64,000 bases of DNA from an uncultured bacterium (GCA_937879955.1 CALFMK010000001.1:5461-69460); one strand, 5' to 3'; shown: positions 44,975-54,941, counted from the stretch's first letter. Numbers and translations are program-made. Notes: generated by a model not told the origin, from the sequence alone.

Positions 44975-45176
44975 GCCGTCTCCTTTTCGGGGCGCGTATG
45001 ATGCCGCGATTCCGGAGTTCGGCGAGGACTTCCGCCACGCGTCTCCTTATATCGGGAGCATGGCGGATATTCTTCCCTTCGATTGCCTTGATCGCCGCGA
45101 GCGGCCACCCGACGCTCTTGTCGGAACGCTGCTTCACGCGGATAGTCGCCTCGGTAAGCTCTGCAATGCTTAACAT
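44961..45176 (-). CDS. Small hypothetical protein (71 aa), possibly HTH/excisionase-like.
   Basis: MLSIAELTEATIRVKQRSDKSVGWPLAAIKAIEG... loosely resembles an AlpA/Xis-type HTH. This is a weak resemblance. Confidence 0.3.
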   Translation of the reverse strand: MLSIAELTEATIRVKQRSDKSVGWPLAAIKAIEGKNIRHAPDIRRRVAEVLAELRNRGIIRAPKRRRHAVP

Positions 45177-45250
45177 CTGACACCTCTCAAAGATCCAGAT
45201 ATCGTGCTGGAAAAACTATACCGAACGGAGAAAGGGCATGTCAAACCTCT

Positions 45251-45706
45251 CTAGGAAAGGAGGGAATCGATCACCGCCTTCACGGCAGCGCCGTCCGCGC
45301 GTCCCTTAATCTCCTGCATGACGGCGCCCGTGAACTTGCCGGCGTCCTTCTTCTCGGAGATCCCGAGCTCTGCCATCTTCGCCTTCACCACGGCCTCGAT
45401 CTCCTCGGTGCTCATCTGCGCAGGGAGGAACGACTCGATCACGGCGAGCTCCTCCTTCTCGGGCGCGGCGAGCTCGTCACGCCCTGCGGCCGTGAACTGC
45501 TCGATGGAGTCCTTGCGCTGGTTCGCTGCGCGCTTCACAACCGCGAGCGCCTCATCGTCCGTGAGGAACTCGTCAGGCTTGCGCTTCTTCGCGACGACCT
45601 CGTTGGTCATCATGGTAGCGAGCGAACGGAGGGTGCGGAGGCGGATTTCGTCCTTTGCGCGCAGCGCATCAGGGATGCCGGCCTTTATGGTCTGATGTAG
45701 GGTCAT
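45251..45706 (-). CDS. GatB/YqeY-domain protein.
   Basis: 151 aa with a YqeY-like helical domain (…LRSLATMMTNEVV...LAVIESFLP...). Confidence 0.8.
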   Translation of the reverse strand: MTLHQTIKAGIPDALRAKDEIRLRTLRSLATMMTNEVVAKKRKPDEFLTDDEALAVVKRAANQRKDSIEQFTAAGRDELAAPEKEELAVIESFLPAQMSTEEIEAVVKAKMAELGISEKKDAGKFTGAVMQEIKGRADGAAVKAVIDSLLS

Positions 45707-45733
45707 GCGGAAATCGTACCATCCCCGGGCGCG

Positions 45734-46546
45734 TCAGGCACTCCGGTGCGCATAGGACGCGGGTACGCTCGCGTACGCGTCCCTGGTCACGATGACATGG
45801 TCGACGAGCTCGATGCCGAGCAGGCGCCCGGCCTCGATGACCTGTTCCGTGACCCTGAGGTCGGCCACAGAGGGAGCCACTTCTCCGGAGGGATGGTTGT
45901 GGACCAGGATTACGGCTGCGGCCAGGTGTTCAACCGCCGGACGGAACACCTCGCGCGGATGCACGAGGTTCGCGTCGATAGTGCCCATGGAGAGTATCTC
46001 GTCATGGACGACCTTGTAATGCGCGTTCAGGTAGAGGCCGCGCAGGTGCTCCTTCGGCAGCATGCGCATGTCCGCGACATGCTCGAAGACGTCGCGTGCG
46101 GTCCGTACGACCGGCAGCGCCTTGTCGTTGCGCGCGTAGAAGCGGCGCCCGAGCTCGGCGGCAGCGACCACCTGCATGGCCTTGCCGATAGGGAGGCCGA
46201 TCTCCCGTGCGAGGCGCTCCGGATCGGCTTCGTGCATCATGGCGCGCTCGCCATACTCCCGCGTGATGCGGGATGCCATCGAGAGCACATTCTCCTTCTT
46301 GGTGCCGGACGAGAGGAGCACTGCTACGAGCTCGGCGGTGCTGAGCGCCTTGGGCCCGTGCTCGAGCAATCGCTCGCGCGGACGGTCCTCGTCCGGCAGG
46401 TCGTGGATAGTAAGGACATAGGTGCGCTCGGCATCGGACACGAGGGCATCCATCGGCGCGATGGCATAGGGCGTGAGCGTCTCCATGAGGACATCGTACT
46501 GCGCTTCGTGCGGAGCGCCTGAAAAGAAATCCCCAAAAGATTTCAT
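45734..46546 (-). CDS. radC: RadC-family JAB-domain protein (UPF0758).
   Basis: The JAMM motif region is HNHPSGEVAPSVADLRVT. An N-terminal HhH-like region is present. The start was trimmed to MKSFGDFF. Confidence 0.85.
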   Translation of the reverse strand: MKSFGDFFSGAPHEAQYDVLMETLTPYAIAPMDALVSDAERTYVLTIHDLPDEDRPRERLLEHGPKALSTAELVAVLLSSGTKKENVLSMASRITREYGERAMMHEADPERLAREIGLPIGKAMQVVAAAELGRRFYARNDKALPVVRTARDVFEHVADMRMLPKEHLRGLYLNAHYKVVHDEILSMGTIDANLVHPREVFRPAVEHLAAAVILVHNHPSGEVAPSVADLRVTEQVIEAGRLLGIELVDHVIVTRDAYASVPASYAHRSA

Positions 46547-46676
46547 ATTCTCGTTATCTTTTAGACGTCCGATGTCACTGAAATCGGAAACGGACCAACG
46601 GATACAATAAGGAATGCATTCCCGAACGAGGCCCCTGTCCTCAGGGCTCGATTTCTTCGTCGGGTATACTGGCAGC

Positions 46677-49343
46677 ATGAAAGACACGGCAACGTGGCAC
46701 GCCCTTGCGCTATCGGATGCGGCCGAGTACCTGGAGACTGATCATGTGAGAGGGCTCTCGCGTGACGAAGCGGCGAAGCGCCTCCTTCAGGGTGCGAATC
46801 GCATGCCCGAGCCCGAACGGGATGGCTTTCTCATGCGGCTCCTAAAGCAGTTCGCGAGCCCCATAACGCTCGTGCTCGTGGCGGCGAGCATCGCGACCCT
46901 GCTGCTCTCGCACGTGACCGACTCGCTCGTCATCCTCGCTGCGCTCCTCGTGAACGTCGTCATGGGGCTCGTACAGGAGGGGAGGGCCTCCCGCGCGTTC
47001 GAAGCGCTCAAGGAAGGCGAGGCGCGCTTCGCGATGGTGATCCGCGGCGGCGAGCCGCTGCGCATCCCCGCCGAGGAGCTCGTGCCAGGCGATCTCGTCA
47101 TGCTCTCGACCGGGAACGCGGTCCCTGCCGACCTGCGCCTCGTGGAGACGCACGGGCTCTCCGTCAACGAGTCCGCGCTCTCGGGCGAATGGATGGCGGT
47201 CGAGAAGGATACTGAAGGAACGCATGAGGAAGCCCCGCTCGTGGAGCGCACCGGCATGGCGTACGCGGGGACGCTCATCGCAGCGGGCGCGGGTAAGGGC
47301 ATCGTCGTCGCGACCGGAAGCAAGACCGAGCTCGGCAAGATCGCGCTCGAGCTCGGGAAGAAGGACGAGTCCGTCACGCCGCTCATGCGCGACATACGGC
47401 AGGTGGCCCGCCTTATCCTGATCGTCGTCTCCTTCGTTATCGTGGGAATCGTCGCGCTCGGCCTGTTGCGCGGGCTCCCGCTCGACGAGTCCCTGTTCAC
47501 GGCTATCGCGCTCGCGGTGGCGTCCGTCCCCGAGGGGCTCCCGGCCGCGGTGACGGTCGTGCTCGCGCTCGGCATGGAGCGCATCCTCACGTCCGGCGGC
47601 CTCGTCCGCAACCTGCTCGCGGCCGAGACGCTCGGGACGACGAGCATCATCCTCACCGACAAGACCGGTACGCTCACCGAAGGCCGCATGACGCTCGAGC
47701 GGTACGTCGGGAAGTCAGGATCGGCGGGAGCGGCAGACGACACCGAGCCCGCCATGCTCCTCACGGGCGCGGTCCTGGCATCGAACGCGTACGTGGAGGA
47801 GGTCCAGGGCGCCCCGGAGAGCGAGCGGCTCGTGGTGCACGGCAGGCCCATCGAGGCGGCCATCGTCACGGCGGGCCTCGCGTACGGCGTCGAGCAGCAC
47901 GTGCTCCTTTTGGAGCGTCCGCGCATCGACGAGCTGCACTTCGATTCCTCCCGCCGCTTCGGCGGCATGATCGTACGGGAAGGAGGCGTGCCTGTCGCGT
48001 ACGTGACCGGCGCGCCTGAGCTCTTCCTCGCCTCCGTGAAGACGGTGCGGGACGGGGACGGTACGGACCATCCGATCGCGGGCGCGGCCCTTTCGCACTT
48101 CGAGGACGCGCTCTCCGAAGCTGCCGCGAGCGGAAAGCGCGTGATCGCGGTGGCGCGCATCCCTGCGGGAGACGCGTTCCCGTCTGAGGATGCGCTCCCG
48201 GCGTTCCTCGCGACAGGCTCTTTGCTCGGGCTCCTCGTCTTCTCGGACGTCATACGCCCTGAGGCGGCGCGCGCGATACAGGACATGCGCGCGGCAGGCG
48301 CGCGCGTGATCATGCTCACGGGGGACAATCCGGAGACTGCGCTCTCCATCGCGCGCACGGTCGGCATCGCCACGGACGCCGAGGAGCGCGCCTATACGGG
48401 TGCCGAGCTCTCCGGTCTCTCGGATGCCGAGCTCCTCTCTGTGCTGCGCGAGCATGTCGTCTTCGCGCGCGTGGCGCCTGCCGAGAAGCTCCGCATCGCA
48501 ACCGTGCTCAAGGACGCGGGCGAGGTCGTCGCCATGACGGGCGACGGCGTGAACGACGCGCCCGCGCTGCGCTCCGCCGCCATCGGCATCGCGCTCGGCT
48601 CCGGCACCGACGTCGCGAAGGAGGCTTCGGACCTCGTACTCCTCGACAACGGCTTCTCCGTGATAACGGCGGCGATACGCGAAGGGCGCCGCCTGCGTGA
48701 CAATTTCAAGAAGATATTCGCGTACATGCTCTCGACGAACTTCAGCGAGGTCTCGCTCATCGCGTTCTCGCTCATCGTCGGACTGCCGCTCCCGATCCTG
48801 CCGACGCAGATCCTCTGGTCCAACCTCGTGGAGGGCGGGCTCATGAACTTCGCGTTCGCGTTCGAGCCCCTGTATCCGGACGCCATGAAGCGCGGCCCGA
48901 AGGACCCGGAGACCGCGCGCGTGCTCTCGCCGAAGCTCCTCCGGCTCATCGGCGTGGTGGGTACCATAACCTCGGTCACGCTCATCGGCGTCTATACGTA
49001 TCTCATCTATCTCACGGACCTCGCCCTGCCTGAGATCCAGACGCTCATGTTCGTCGCGGTCTCCGTGAACTGCATCTTCATGGCGTTCTCGATGAAGAGC
49101 TTCGGCACGCCGCTCTGGAAGCTCCCGCTCTTCTCGAACATGTTCCTCCTCGTCTCGCTGCTCGGCAGCGCAGCGCTCCTCTTCGCCGCGCTCTACGTCC
49201 CGATGCTCCAGATGCTCGTGCACGTGTCTCCGCCGACCGTGCTTCAGATTCTGATGCTCGTTGGATTCGGCTTCGTGAACCTCGCCACCATCGAGCTCGC
49301 GAAATGGATCGTGTTCATACGCCCGCAGCGGAATCCGGTATAA
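46677..49343 (+). CDS. P-type cation-transporting ATPase (type II, Ca2+/Mg2+-like).
   Basis: The phosphorylation motif is DKTGTLT. The hinge is TGDGVNDAPAL. A Cation_ATPase_N-like N-terminus is present, and there are about 10 TM helices. A TATACT sits 6 nt upstream of the ATG. Confidence 0.9.
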   Translation: MKDTATWHALALSDAAEYLETDHVRGLSRDEAAKRLLQGANRMPEPERDGFLMRLLKQFASPITLVLVAASIATLLLSHVTDSLVILAALLVNVVMGLVQEGRASRAFEALKEGEARFAMVIRGGEPLRIPAEELVPGDLVMLSTGNAVPADLRLVETHGLSVNESALSGEWMAVEKDTEGTHEEAPLVERTGMAYAGTLIAAGAGKGIVVATGSKTELGKIALELGKKDESVTPLMRDIRQVARLILIVVSFVIVGIVALGLLRGLPLDESLFTAIALAVASVPEGLPAAVTVVLALGMERILTSGGLVRNLLAAETLGTTSIILTDKTGTLTEGRMTLERYVGKSGSAGAADDTEPAMLLTGAVLASNAYVEEVQGAPESERLVVHGRPIEAAIVTAGLAYGVEQHVLLLERPRIDELHFDSSRRFGGMIVREGGVPVAYVTGAPELFLASVKTVRDGDGTDHPIAGAALSHFEDALSEAAASGKRVIAVARIPAGDAFPSEDALPAFLATGSLLGLLVFSDVIRPEAARAIQDMRAAGARVIMLTGDNPETALSIARTVGIATDAEERAYTGAELSGLSDAELLSVLREHVVFARVAPAEKLRIATVLKDAGEVVAMTGDGVNDAPALRSAAIGIALGSGTDVAKEASDLVLLDNGFSVITAAIREGRRLRDNFKKIFAYMLSTNFSEVSLIAFSLIVGLPLPILPTQILWSNLVEGGLMNFAFAFEPLYPDAMKRGPKDPETARVLSPKLLRLIGVVGTITSVTLIGVYTYLIYLTDLALPEIQTLMFVAVSVNCIFMAFSMKSFGTPLWKLPLFSNMFLLVSLLGSAALLFAALYVPMLQMLVHVSPPTVLQILMLVGFGFVNLATIELAKWIVFIRPQRNPV

Positions 49344-49350
49344 TCAGGGC

Positions 49351-50427
49351 ATGGACGTCATAACCGTAGTCATCATCGTCGCCGTCGTCATGGTCCTGCA
49401 GGGGGTCGGGCTGTACCTGGTCCTGCGGCGCCGGGAGAACGACGCGCCCAAGGAGGACAACGGCGGCCTGCTTCTGATCCAGAACCAGATGGAGAAGCTC
49501 GAGCGCGCGCTCGACACCCGCATGGCCGAGAGCCAGCGCGCCGCGCACGAAGCGATGCGTTCGCAGAACGAGACGATGCGCAGCGCGAACTCCGAGACCG
49601 CGCAGCTCATCAAGGAGATCACGGCGGAGATCACCTCGGTGAAGGAGATCGGCCGCGAGACGGGAAAGTTCGCCGAGCAGCTAAAGTCCCTCCAGGACAT
49701 CCTGAAGAACCCGAAGCAGCGCGGCATCCTCGGCGAGTACTACCTCGAGACCGTGCTCAAGAACGTGCTGCCGCCTGGCATGTTCCAGATGCAGTACCCG
49801 TTCCCGAACGGGGAGATCGTGGACGCGGCGGTGTTCGTGAACGAGAAGGTGGTGCCGATCGATTCGAAGTTCTCGCTCGACAACTACAACCGGTTCATCC
49901 ATGCGGAGGGCGCCGAGCGCACGGCCCTCGAGAAGGCGTTCGTGAACGACCTCAAGCTCCGCATCACGGAGACGGCGAAGTACATCCGCCCGGAGGAGGG
50001 GACCATGGACTTCGCGTTCATGTTCATCCCGTCCGAGGGCATCTACTACGACCTCCTCACGAATCAGGTGGGCGCGGGCGAGGACGAGAACCTCATCCAG
50101 CGCGCGGCCGGGAAGTACAAGGTGATCATCGTGTCGCCGACCTCCTTCCTCGCGTACCTCCAGACCGTCATGCAGGGCCTGAAGGCCCTCCAGATCGAGA
50201 AGCGGGCCGAGGAGATCCAGAAGCGCGTGGGGGAGCTCGGGAAGCATCTCGGCGCCTACGAGACCTACTATCAGAAGCTCGGCGCTTCGCTCGGGACCGC
50301 CGTCTCCCATTACAACGCCGGCTACAAGGAGCTCGGGAAGGTGGAGAAGGACGTGTACCGCATCGCCGAGGAGAAGATCGGGCTCGAGGTGACCTTGCTC
50401 GACAAGCCGTCCGCGGGGGACGAGTAA
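49351..50427 (+). CDS. rmuC: DNA recombination protein RmuC.
   Basis: N-terminal TM, a coiled coil and the RmuC C-terminal region (KQRGILGEYYLETVLKNVLPPGMFQMQYPFPNGEIVDAAVF...). Confidence 0.9.
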   Translation: MDVITVVIIVAVVMVLQGVGLYLVLRRRENDAPKEDNGGLLLIQNQMEKLERALDTRMAESQRAAHEAMRSQNETMRSANSETAQLIKEITAEITSVKEIGRETGKFAEQLKSLQDILKNPKQRGILGEYYLETVLKNVLPPGMFQMQYPFPNGEIVDAAVFVNEKVVPIDSKFSLDNYNRFIHAEGAERTALEKAFVNDLKLRITETAKYIRPEEGTMDFAFMFIPSEGIYYDLLTNQVGAGEDENLIQRAAGKYKVIIVSPTSFLAYLQTVMQGLKALQIEKRAEEIQKRVGELGKHLGAYETYYQKLGASLGTAVSHYNAGYKELGKVEKDVYRIAEEKIGLEVTLLDKPSAGDE

Positions 50428-50491
50428 TTGACGCTTCTCCGCGCCAGTCGCATAGTGCTCCCGGAATGACCGCTTCGGGGGAGGAATAGCC

Positions 50492-50698
50492 ATGAAGCCC
50501 TTACGTGAGGACAGGCAGGAAGCCATACGGGACAAGGGGATCGCCATAGGCTCGATCGTGAGCTTCGCCGCGGGACCCGGGCTTCCGGCGGGCCGCGGGG
50601 AGGTCCTCGGCATCGACGAGGACGATCTCGGGCTCTATATCGAAGGCCGGAAGGACCCGCTCTGTCCGCTCGAGGTCCAGAAGGTCCTCAGTACCTAG
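50492..50698 (+). CDS. Small hypothetical protein (68 aa).
   Basis: It has a GGAGGAA SD and a terminator at about 50725-50758. Confidence 0.5.
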   Translation: MKPLREDRQEAIRDKGIAIGSIVSFAAGPGLPAGRGEVLGIDEDDLGLYIEGRKDPLCPLEVQKVLST

Positions 50699-50724
50699 GC
50701 GCCTATTCGCCGAGATGCGCCCCA

Positions 50725-50758
50725 CAGGCCGCCGCTAACCCCGGCGGCCTTGCTTTCT
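50725..50758 (+). terminator. Rho-independent terminator.
   Basis: AGGCCGCCG-CTAACCC-CGGCGGCCT followed by TGCTTTCT. Confidence 0.55.
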
Positions 50759-50787
50759 AGGGCCTATTTCGGTACTATACGGGGACT

Positions 50788-51117
50788 ATGGAACTCGCAG
50801 TAATCAAGACCGGAGGCAAGCAGTACGTCGTCTCCCCAGGCGCTCTCGTAACCATCGAGAAGCTCGGCCGCGGCATCAACACCGTGGCGCTCAAGAAGGG
50901 AGATACCGTCACCTTCGACGAGGTGCTCATGAAGGATAACGGCACCCTCAGCCTCGGCACTCCGGTGCTCGCGGGCGCGAAGGTAACCGGTACTGTCCAG
51001 TCGGTAGGCCGCAACAAGAAGGTGGAGGTGGTGAAGTACAAGGCGAAGAGCAACTACCTCAAGCGCCGCGGACACCGCCAGCCGCACATCAAGGTCAAGA
51101 TCGACGCGATCGCGTAA
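50788..51117 (+). CDS. rplU: 50S ribosomal protein L21.
   Basis: MELAVIKTGGKQYVVSPGALVTIEKL...VKYKAKSNYLKRRGHRQPHIKVKI. A TACTAT sits 9 nt upstream of the ATG. Confidence 0.95.
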   Translation: MELAVIKTGGKQYVVSPGALVTIEKLGRGINTVALKKGDTVTFDEVLMKDNGTLSLGTPVLAGAKVTGTVQSVGRNKKVEVVKYKAKSNYLKRRGHRQPHIKVKIDAIA

Positions 51118-51121
51118 GCAC

Positions 51122-51147
51122 GAGCCGCCCGGAAGGGCGGTTTTGCG
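51122..51147 (+). terminator. Terminator after rplU.
   Basis: CCGCCC-GGAA-GGGCGG followed by TTTTG. Confidence 0.7.
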
Positions 51148-51204
51148 TTACGCAGGCCTCGTGGCATATTAGGGAAAGCATTTTGTACAACAGGGAGGAA
51201 TACC

Positions 51205-51447
51205 ATGCGTAGCGAGCGGCTCATGAAAGTCATCGCGATCAGGGGGACCGGGGAGGTGAATATGCCCCTCGGTGAGCACAGCCTGCCGGACGATCTCGTG
51301 CCGGGCGTCACGTTCACGCTCACCGACTATCCCGACGTGCAGTTCACGACCATGAACATCGTTCACGGCGTGGTCCGCGGCCGTGTCGCGGTCGACGTCT
51401 ATGATCGCACATTCGCCGGCAAGGGAGCGCAGGGCGTCGCAGCCTGA
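51205..51447 (+). CDS. Small hypothetical protein (80 aa).
   Basis: GGGAGG SD. It is flanked by terminators on both sides, so it is a stand-alone gene. Confidence 0.5.
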   Translation: MRSERLMKVIAIRGTGEVNMPLGEHSLPDDLVPGVTFTLTDYPDVQFTTMNIVHGVVRGRVAVDVYDRTFAGKGAQGVAA

Positions 51448-51451
51448 CATC

Positions 51452-51489
51452 AAAACCCCGCTCGGACATCTGTCCGGGCGGGGTTTTCT
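51452..51489. terminator. Bidirectional terminator between the 51205 gene and recR.
   Basis: AAAA-CCCCGCTCGGACA-TC-TGTCCGGGCGGGG-TTTTCTC. Confidence 0.7.
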
Positions 51490-52095
51490 CTATGTCTCCT
51501 TCCGGTTCTGGAGCGCCGCCGAGAGGGTAGCGGAATCGGCGTACTCGAGCTCGGAGCCCGTGGCGAGCCCGCGGCCGAGCTCGGAGATGAGGATGGGGCC
51601 GCGCAGGGGCGCGAGCAGCTCGCGGACACGGTCCGCGGTGTGCTCGCCCTCAGAAGTCGCCGAGAGCGCGAGGACGATCTCCGAGAGGCCGTTGCGGGAT
51701 CGCTCCTCCACGACGCGCACGAGGTCGCGCTCGCGGATGGCGCCCTTGCCGGAGAGCGTGAGGACGCCGCCGAGGACGAAGTACCGTCCGCGATAGGTGC
51801 CTGCGCGCTCCACGGCTACCAGGTCCTGGTCCTTCTCGAGGATCATGAGGATAGCGTCTTCCCGGCCCTGGTCCGCGCAGTAGTTGCAGAGGGCGTCCGC
51901 GTTCACGGGCGCAAAGCGCATGCACATGCGGCACTGCGCGACGTCCTGCCCGAGGTTCGCGATGAGGTCGGCGAGGCGGTTCCGGTCGCCCTGCGAGACG
52001 GCGAGAAGGTGATAGACGAAGCGCTTCGCCTGGCGGGGTCCGATGCCCGGGAAGCGGTTGAACGCTGCGGAGAGGTCTTCAATCCGGTCGCGCAT
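51490..52095 (-). CDS. recR: Recombination protein RecR.
   Basis: N-terminal HhH, a C4 zinc finger (CRMCMRFAPVNADALCNYC) and a Toprim domain. Confidence 0.95.
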   Translation of the reverse strand: MRDRIEDLSAAFNRFPGIGPRQAKRFVYHLLAVSQGDRNRLADLIANLGQDVAQCRMCMRFAPVNADALCNYCADQGREDAILMILEKDQDLVAVERAGTYRGRYFVLGGVLTLSGKGAIRERDLVRVVEERSRNGLSEIVLALSATSEGEHTADRVRELLAPLRGPILISELGRGLATGSELEYADSATLSAALQNRKET

Positions 52096-52097
52096 GG

Positions 52098-53468
52098 CTA
52101 GAATTCGTCAGCGAGCTCGCCGTAGCCGGTCTTGTCCATCGGCATGAAGCTCGTGCGCTTCTCGTCGAAGTAGAGCTCCACCGAGCCTGTCGGGCCGTTA
52201 CGGTGCTTCTCGATGAGGATCTCGGCGATGTTCGGGCGGTCGCTGTCCTTGTTTATCTTGTCCTCGCGATGGATGAACATAACCACGTCCGCGTCCTGCT
52301 CGATCGATCCCGAGTCGCGGAGGTCGGAGAGGCGGGGCTTGCCGCCGCGCTGCTCCACGGCGCGCGAGAGCTGCGAGAGCGCGATGACAGGCACCTCGAT
52401 CTCGCGGGCGAGCTGCTTCAGGGAGCGGGAGATCTCCGTGACCTGCTGCACCATGGAATCCGACGCCTTCGTGTTGGTCGGCGCCATGAGCTGGAGGTAG
52501 TCCACGACGATGAGGCCGATGCCGCGCTCGCGCTTCAGGCGGCGCGCCACGGCGCGCATGGAAAGGATGTTCTGGGCCGGCTTGTCGTCGATGTAGATCG
52601 GCGCCTTCGAGAGGGTCTCGAGCGCGTCGCGGATCTTCGCGAAGTCGTCCTCGCTGCTGATGGCGCCCGTGCGCATCTTCCAGGAATTCACGAAGGACTC
52701 CGCGGAGAGCATGCGGTCCACGAGCTGCTCCGAGCTCATCTCGAGCGAGAAGATGCCCACCGGCGTGTCGTGCCGCACGGCGACGTTGCGCGCGATGTCG
52801 AGCGCGAACGACGTCTTACCCATGGACGGACGGGCGGCGAGGATGATGAGGTCGGACTTATGGAGTCCGGACATGAGGTTGTCGAGGTCCGGGAAGCCGG
52901 TCGGCACGCCCCGGACGGCGCCCTTGTTCTTCGAGAGCTGCTCGATGCGGTCCCAGGCGTCGTCCACCTTGTCCTTGATGGCTACGAACTTGTGAACGGC
53001 CGACGAGTTGCCGATGGCATAGATCGCTTTCTCGGCCGCGTCGAGCGCTACCGCCGTGTCCACGGAATCGTCATAGGCGGACTCGGTGATCTCGCTCGCG
53101 GTCTCGATGAGGGAGCGCATGATGTGCTTCCGGACCACGAGCTCCGCGTAGTGGTTGAAGTTGCCCGGAGTAGGCGAGGAGCCCGCGAGCTCGGCGAGGT
53201 ACGCGCGTCCGCCGGCGCGCTCGAGCAGCCCCTTCGCGTTCAGGCGCTCGCCCAAGGAGAGCATGTCGATCGGCTCGCCGCGCTCGACGAGCTCGCGCAT
53301 GGTGTCGAAGATGTGGCGGTGCTTGTCCGCGTAGAAGGACTCCGGACGGATGAGGTCCGAGACGTCGTGGATGGCGTCAGGCTTGAGCAGGAGCGAGCCC
53401 AGGAGCGCGCGTTCAGACTCGAGGCTCTGCGGAGGTACGCGGTGGGTGGGGTCGGTAGGGGTGGCCAT
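52098..53468 (-). CDS. dnaB: Replicative DNA helicase DnaB.
   Basis: The N-terminal domain is ESERALLGSLLLKPDAI. The Walker A is ARPSMGKTSFAL, with RecA-like motifs H2-H4. A TAGAAT sits 5 nt upstream of the ATG. Confidence 0.95.
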   Translation of the reverse strand: MATPTDPTHRVPPQSLESERALLGSLLLKPDAIHDVSDLIRPESFYADKHRHIFDTMRELVERGEPIDMLSLGERLNAKGLLERAGGRAYLAELAGSSPTPGNFNHYAELVVRKHIMRSLIETASEITESAYDDSVDTAVALDAAEKAIYAIGNSSAVHKFVAIKDKVDDAWDRIEQLSKNKGAVRGVPTGFPDLDNLMSGLHKSDLIILAARPSMGKTSFALDIARNVAVRHDTPVGIFSLEMSSEQLVDRMLSAESFVNSWKMRTGAISSEDDFAKIRDALETLSKAPIYIDDKPAQNILSMRAVARRLKRERGIGLIVVDYLQLMAPTNTKASDSMVQQVTEISRSLKQLAREIEVPVIALSQLSRAVEQRGGKPRLSDLRDSGSIEQDADVVMFIHREDKINKDSDRPNIAEILIEKHRNGPTGSVELYFDEKRTSFMPMDKTGYGELADEF

Positions 53469-53480
53469 GCCCCCATTCTA

Positions 53481-54941
53481 TCAACCGCGCCTCCTGGTGA
53501 CTACGGTCCCGGAAGGGCCGTCTTCAACATGATATCCACTCTCCTCTATGTGGATACGGAGCGCGTCTGACTTCGCGAAATCCCGGGAAATGCGCGCGAT
53601 ATCGCGCTCCTTGAGGAGCGCCTCGATATGGGCAGGGATAGCGGCCTCCTTGGCAAGGAGCGAGAGGCCGAACACGGCGTCCGCGGCCTCGATGACGGCG
53701 AGCTGCTCCTCGCGTCCCATGTCCTCGTCCTTCACGGCCTCCCAGAGGAGCGCGAGCGCGGCGGGGGTGGCGAGGTCATCCCGCAGGAGGGCGATAACGC
53801 GGCGGCTCGCGTCGGACTGCCGGGCCACGCCCTTCGCTTCCGCATGGATGGTGCGTGCGATGCGCTGCAGGCGCTCGAGCGCCGCATCCGCGGCCGCGAG
53901 CGACTCCCAGGTGAACGAGAGCGGGGAGCGGTAATGAGCCTGGAGGAACAGGTAGCGGAGCGCGAGGGGGCTGTAGCCGCGCTCGACGACGTCGGAGACG
54001 TAGTAGGTATTCCCGAGGGACTTCGCGATCTTCTCGCCGTCTATCGTGAGGAACCCGCCGTGCATCCAGAAGCGCGCGAGCGGCTTGTCGAAGGCGGCCT
54101 CGGACTGCGCGATCTCGTTGGTGTGATGGACCGGGATGTGATCGATGCCGCCGGTATGGATGTCGAGCGGCTGGCCGAGGAGGCTGCGTGCCATCGCGGA
54201 GCACTCGATGTGCCAGCCCGGGAACCCGACGCCCCACGGACTCTTCCATTCCTGTTCGCGCCGCGCGCCGCGGGGCGAGAACTTCCAGAGCGCGAAGTCC
54301 GCAGGATGCCTCTTCTCGTCGTTGCCGGCGATGCGGCGGCCGATCTCCGCGAACGCCTCTTCGCGCATCTTCGCGCCCGAGTGGTCCAGCACGCCGTAGG
54401 CAGGGAACTGCTTCGTATCGAAATAGATGCCGTCGGAGGTGCGATAGGTATAGCCGCGCTGCTCGAGCCGCTTCACGATGTCGATCTGCTCCTCGATGTA
54501 GTCGGTGGCCTTCGGGAAGCTGATGTCGTCGACGTCCACGCCGAGCATGCGGACGTCGTCGAGGTACATCTTCGTGTAGCGCGCGGCGATGTCCTGCGCG
54601 CGGAGCCCCTCCTTCTTCGCGCCCATCTCCATCTTGTCCTCGCCGTCGTCCGCGTCCGAAACGAGGTGGCCGACGTCCGTGATGTTTATCACGCGGCGCA
54701 CGTGATAGTCCGCGCTCTTGAGCGTGCGGGCGAGGAGGTCGGAGAACACGACGGCCCGCATGTTCCCGATGTGCTGCTTGCTGTAGACGGTGGGTCCGCA
54801 GGAGTAGAGCGTCACGGACCCGGCGCGTATCGGGGAGAAGATCTCCTTCTTCCCGGAAAGGGTATTCGTGAGGAGGACGGGCGCGTCGCTCCGGGCAGGC
54901 TCGCTCGCACGAGGACGGAAGAGGGAGGCGAGCCAGTTCAT
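53481..54941 (-). CDS. cysS: Cysteine--tRNA ligase.
   Basis: Class I motifs HIGN (HIGNMRAVV) and KMSKS-like (KIAKSLGN), in a CysRS layout. A TAGAAT sits 6 nt upstream of the ATG. Confidence 0.95.
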   Translation of the reverse strand: MNWLASLFRPRASEPARSDAPVLLTNTLSGKKEIFSPIRAGSVTLYSCGPTVYSKQHIGNMRAVVFSDLLARTLKSADYHVRRVINITDVGHLVSDADDGEDKMEMGAKKEGLRAQDIAARYTKMYLDDVRMLGVDVDDISFPKATDYIEEQIDIVKRLEQRGYTYRTSDGIYFDTKQFPAYGVLDHSGAKMREEAFAEIGRRIAGNDEKRHPADFALWKFSPRGARREQEWKSPWGVGFPGWHIECSAMARSLLGQPLDIHTGGIDHIPVHHTNEIAQSEAAFDKPLARFWMHGGFLTIDGEKIAKSLGNTYYVSDVVERGYSPLALRYLFLQAHYRSPLSFTWESLAAADAALERLQRIARTIHAEAKGVARQSDASRRVIALLRDDLATPAALALLWEAVKDEDMGREEQLAVIEAADAVFGLSLLAKEAAIPAHIEALLKERDIARISRDFAKSDALRIHIEESGYHVEDGPSGTVVTRRRG

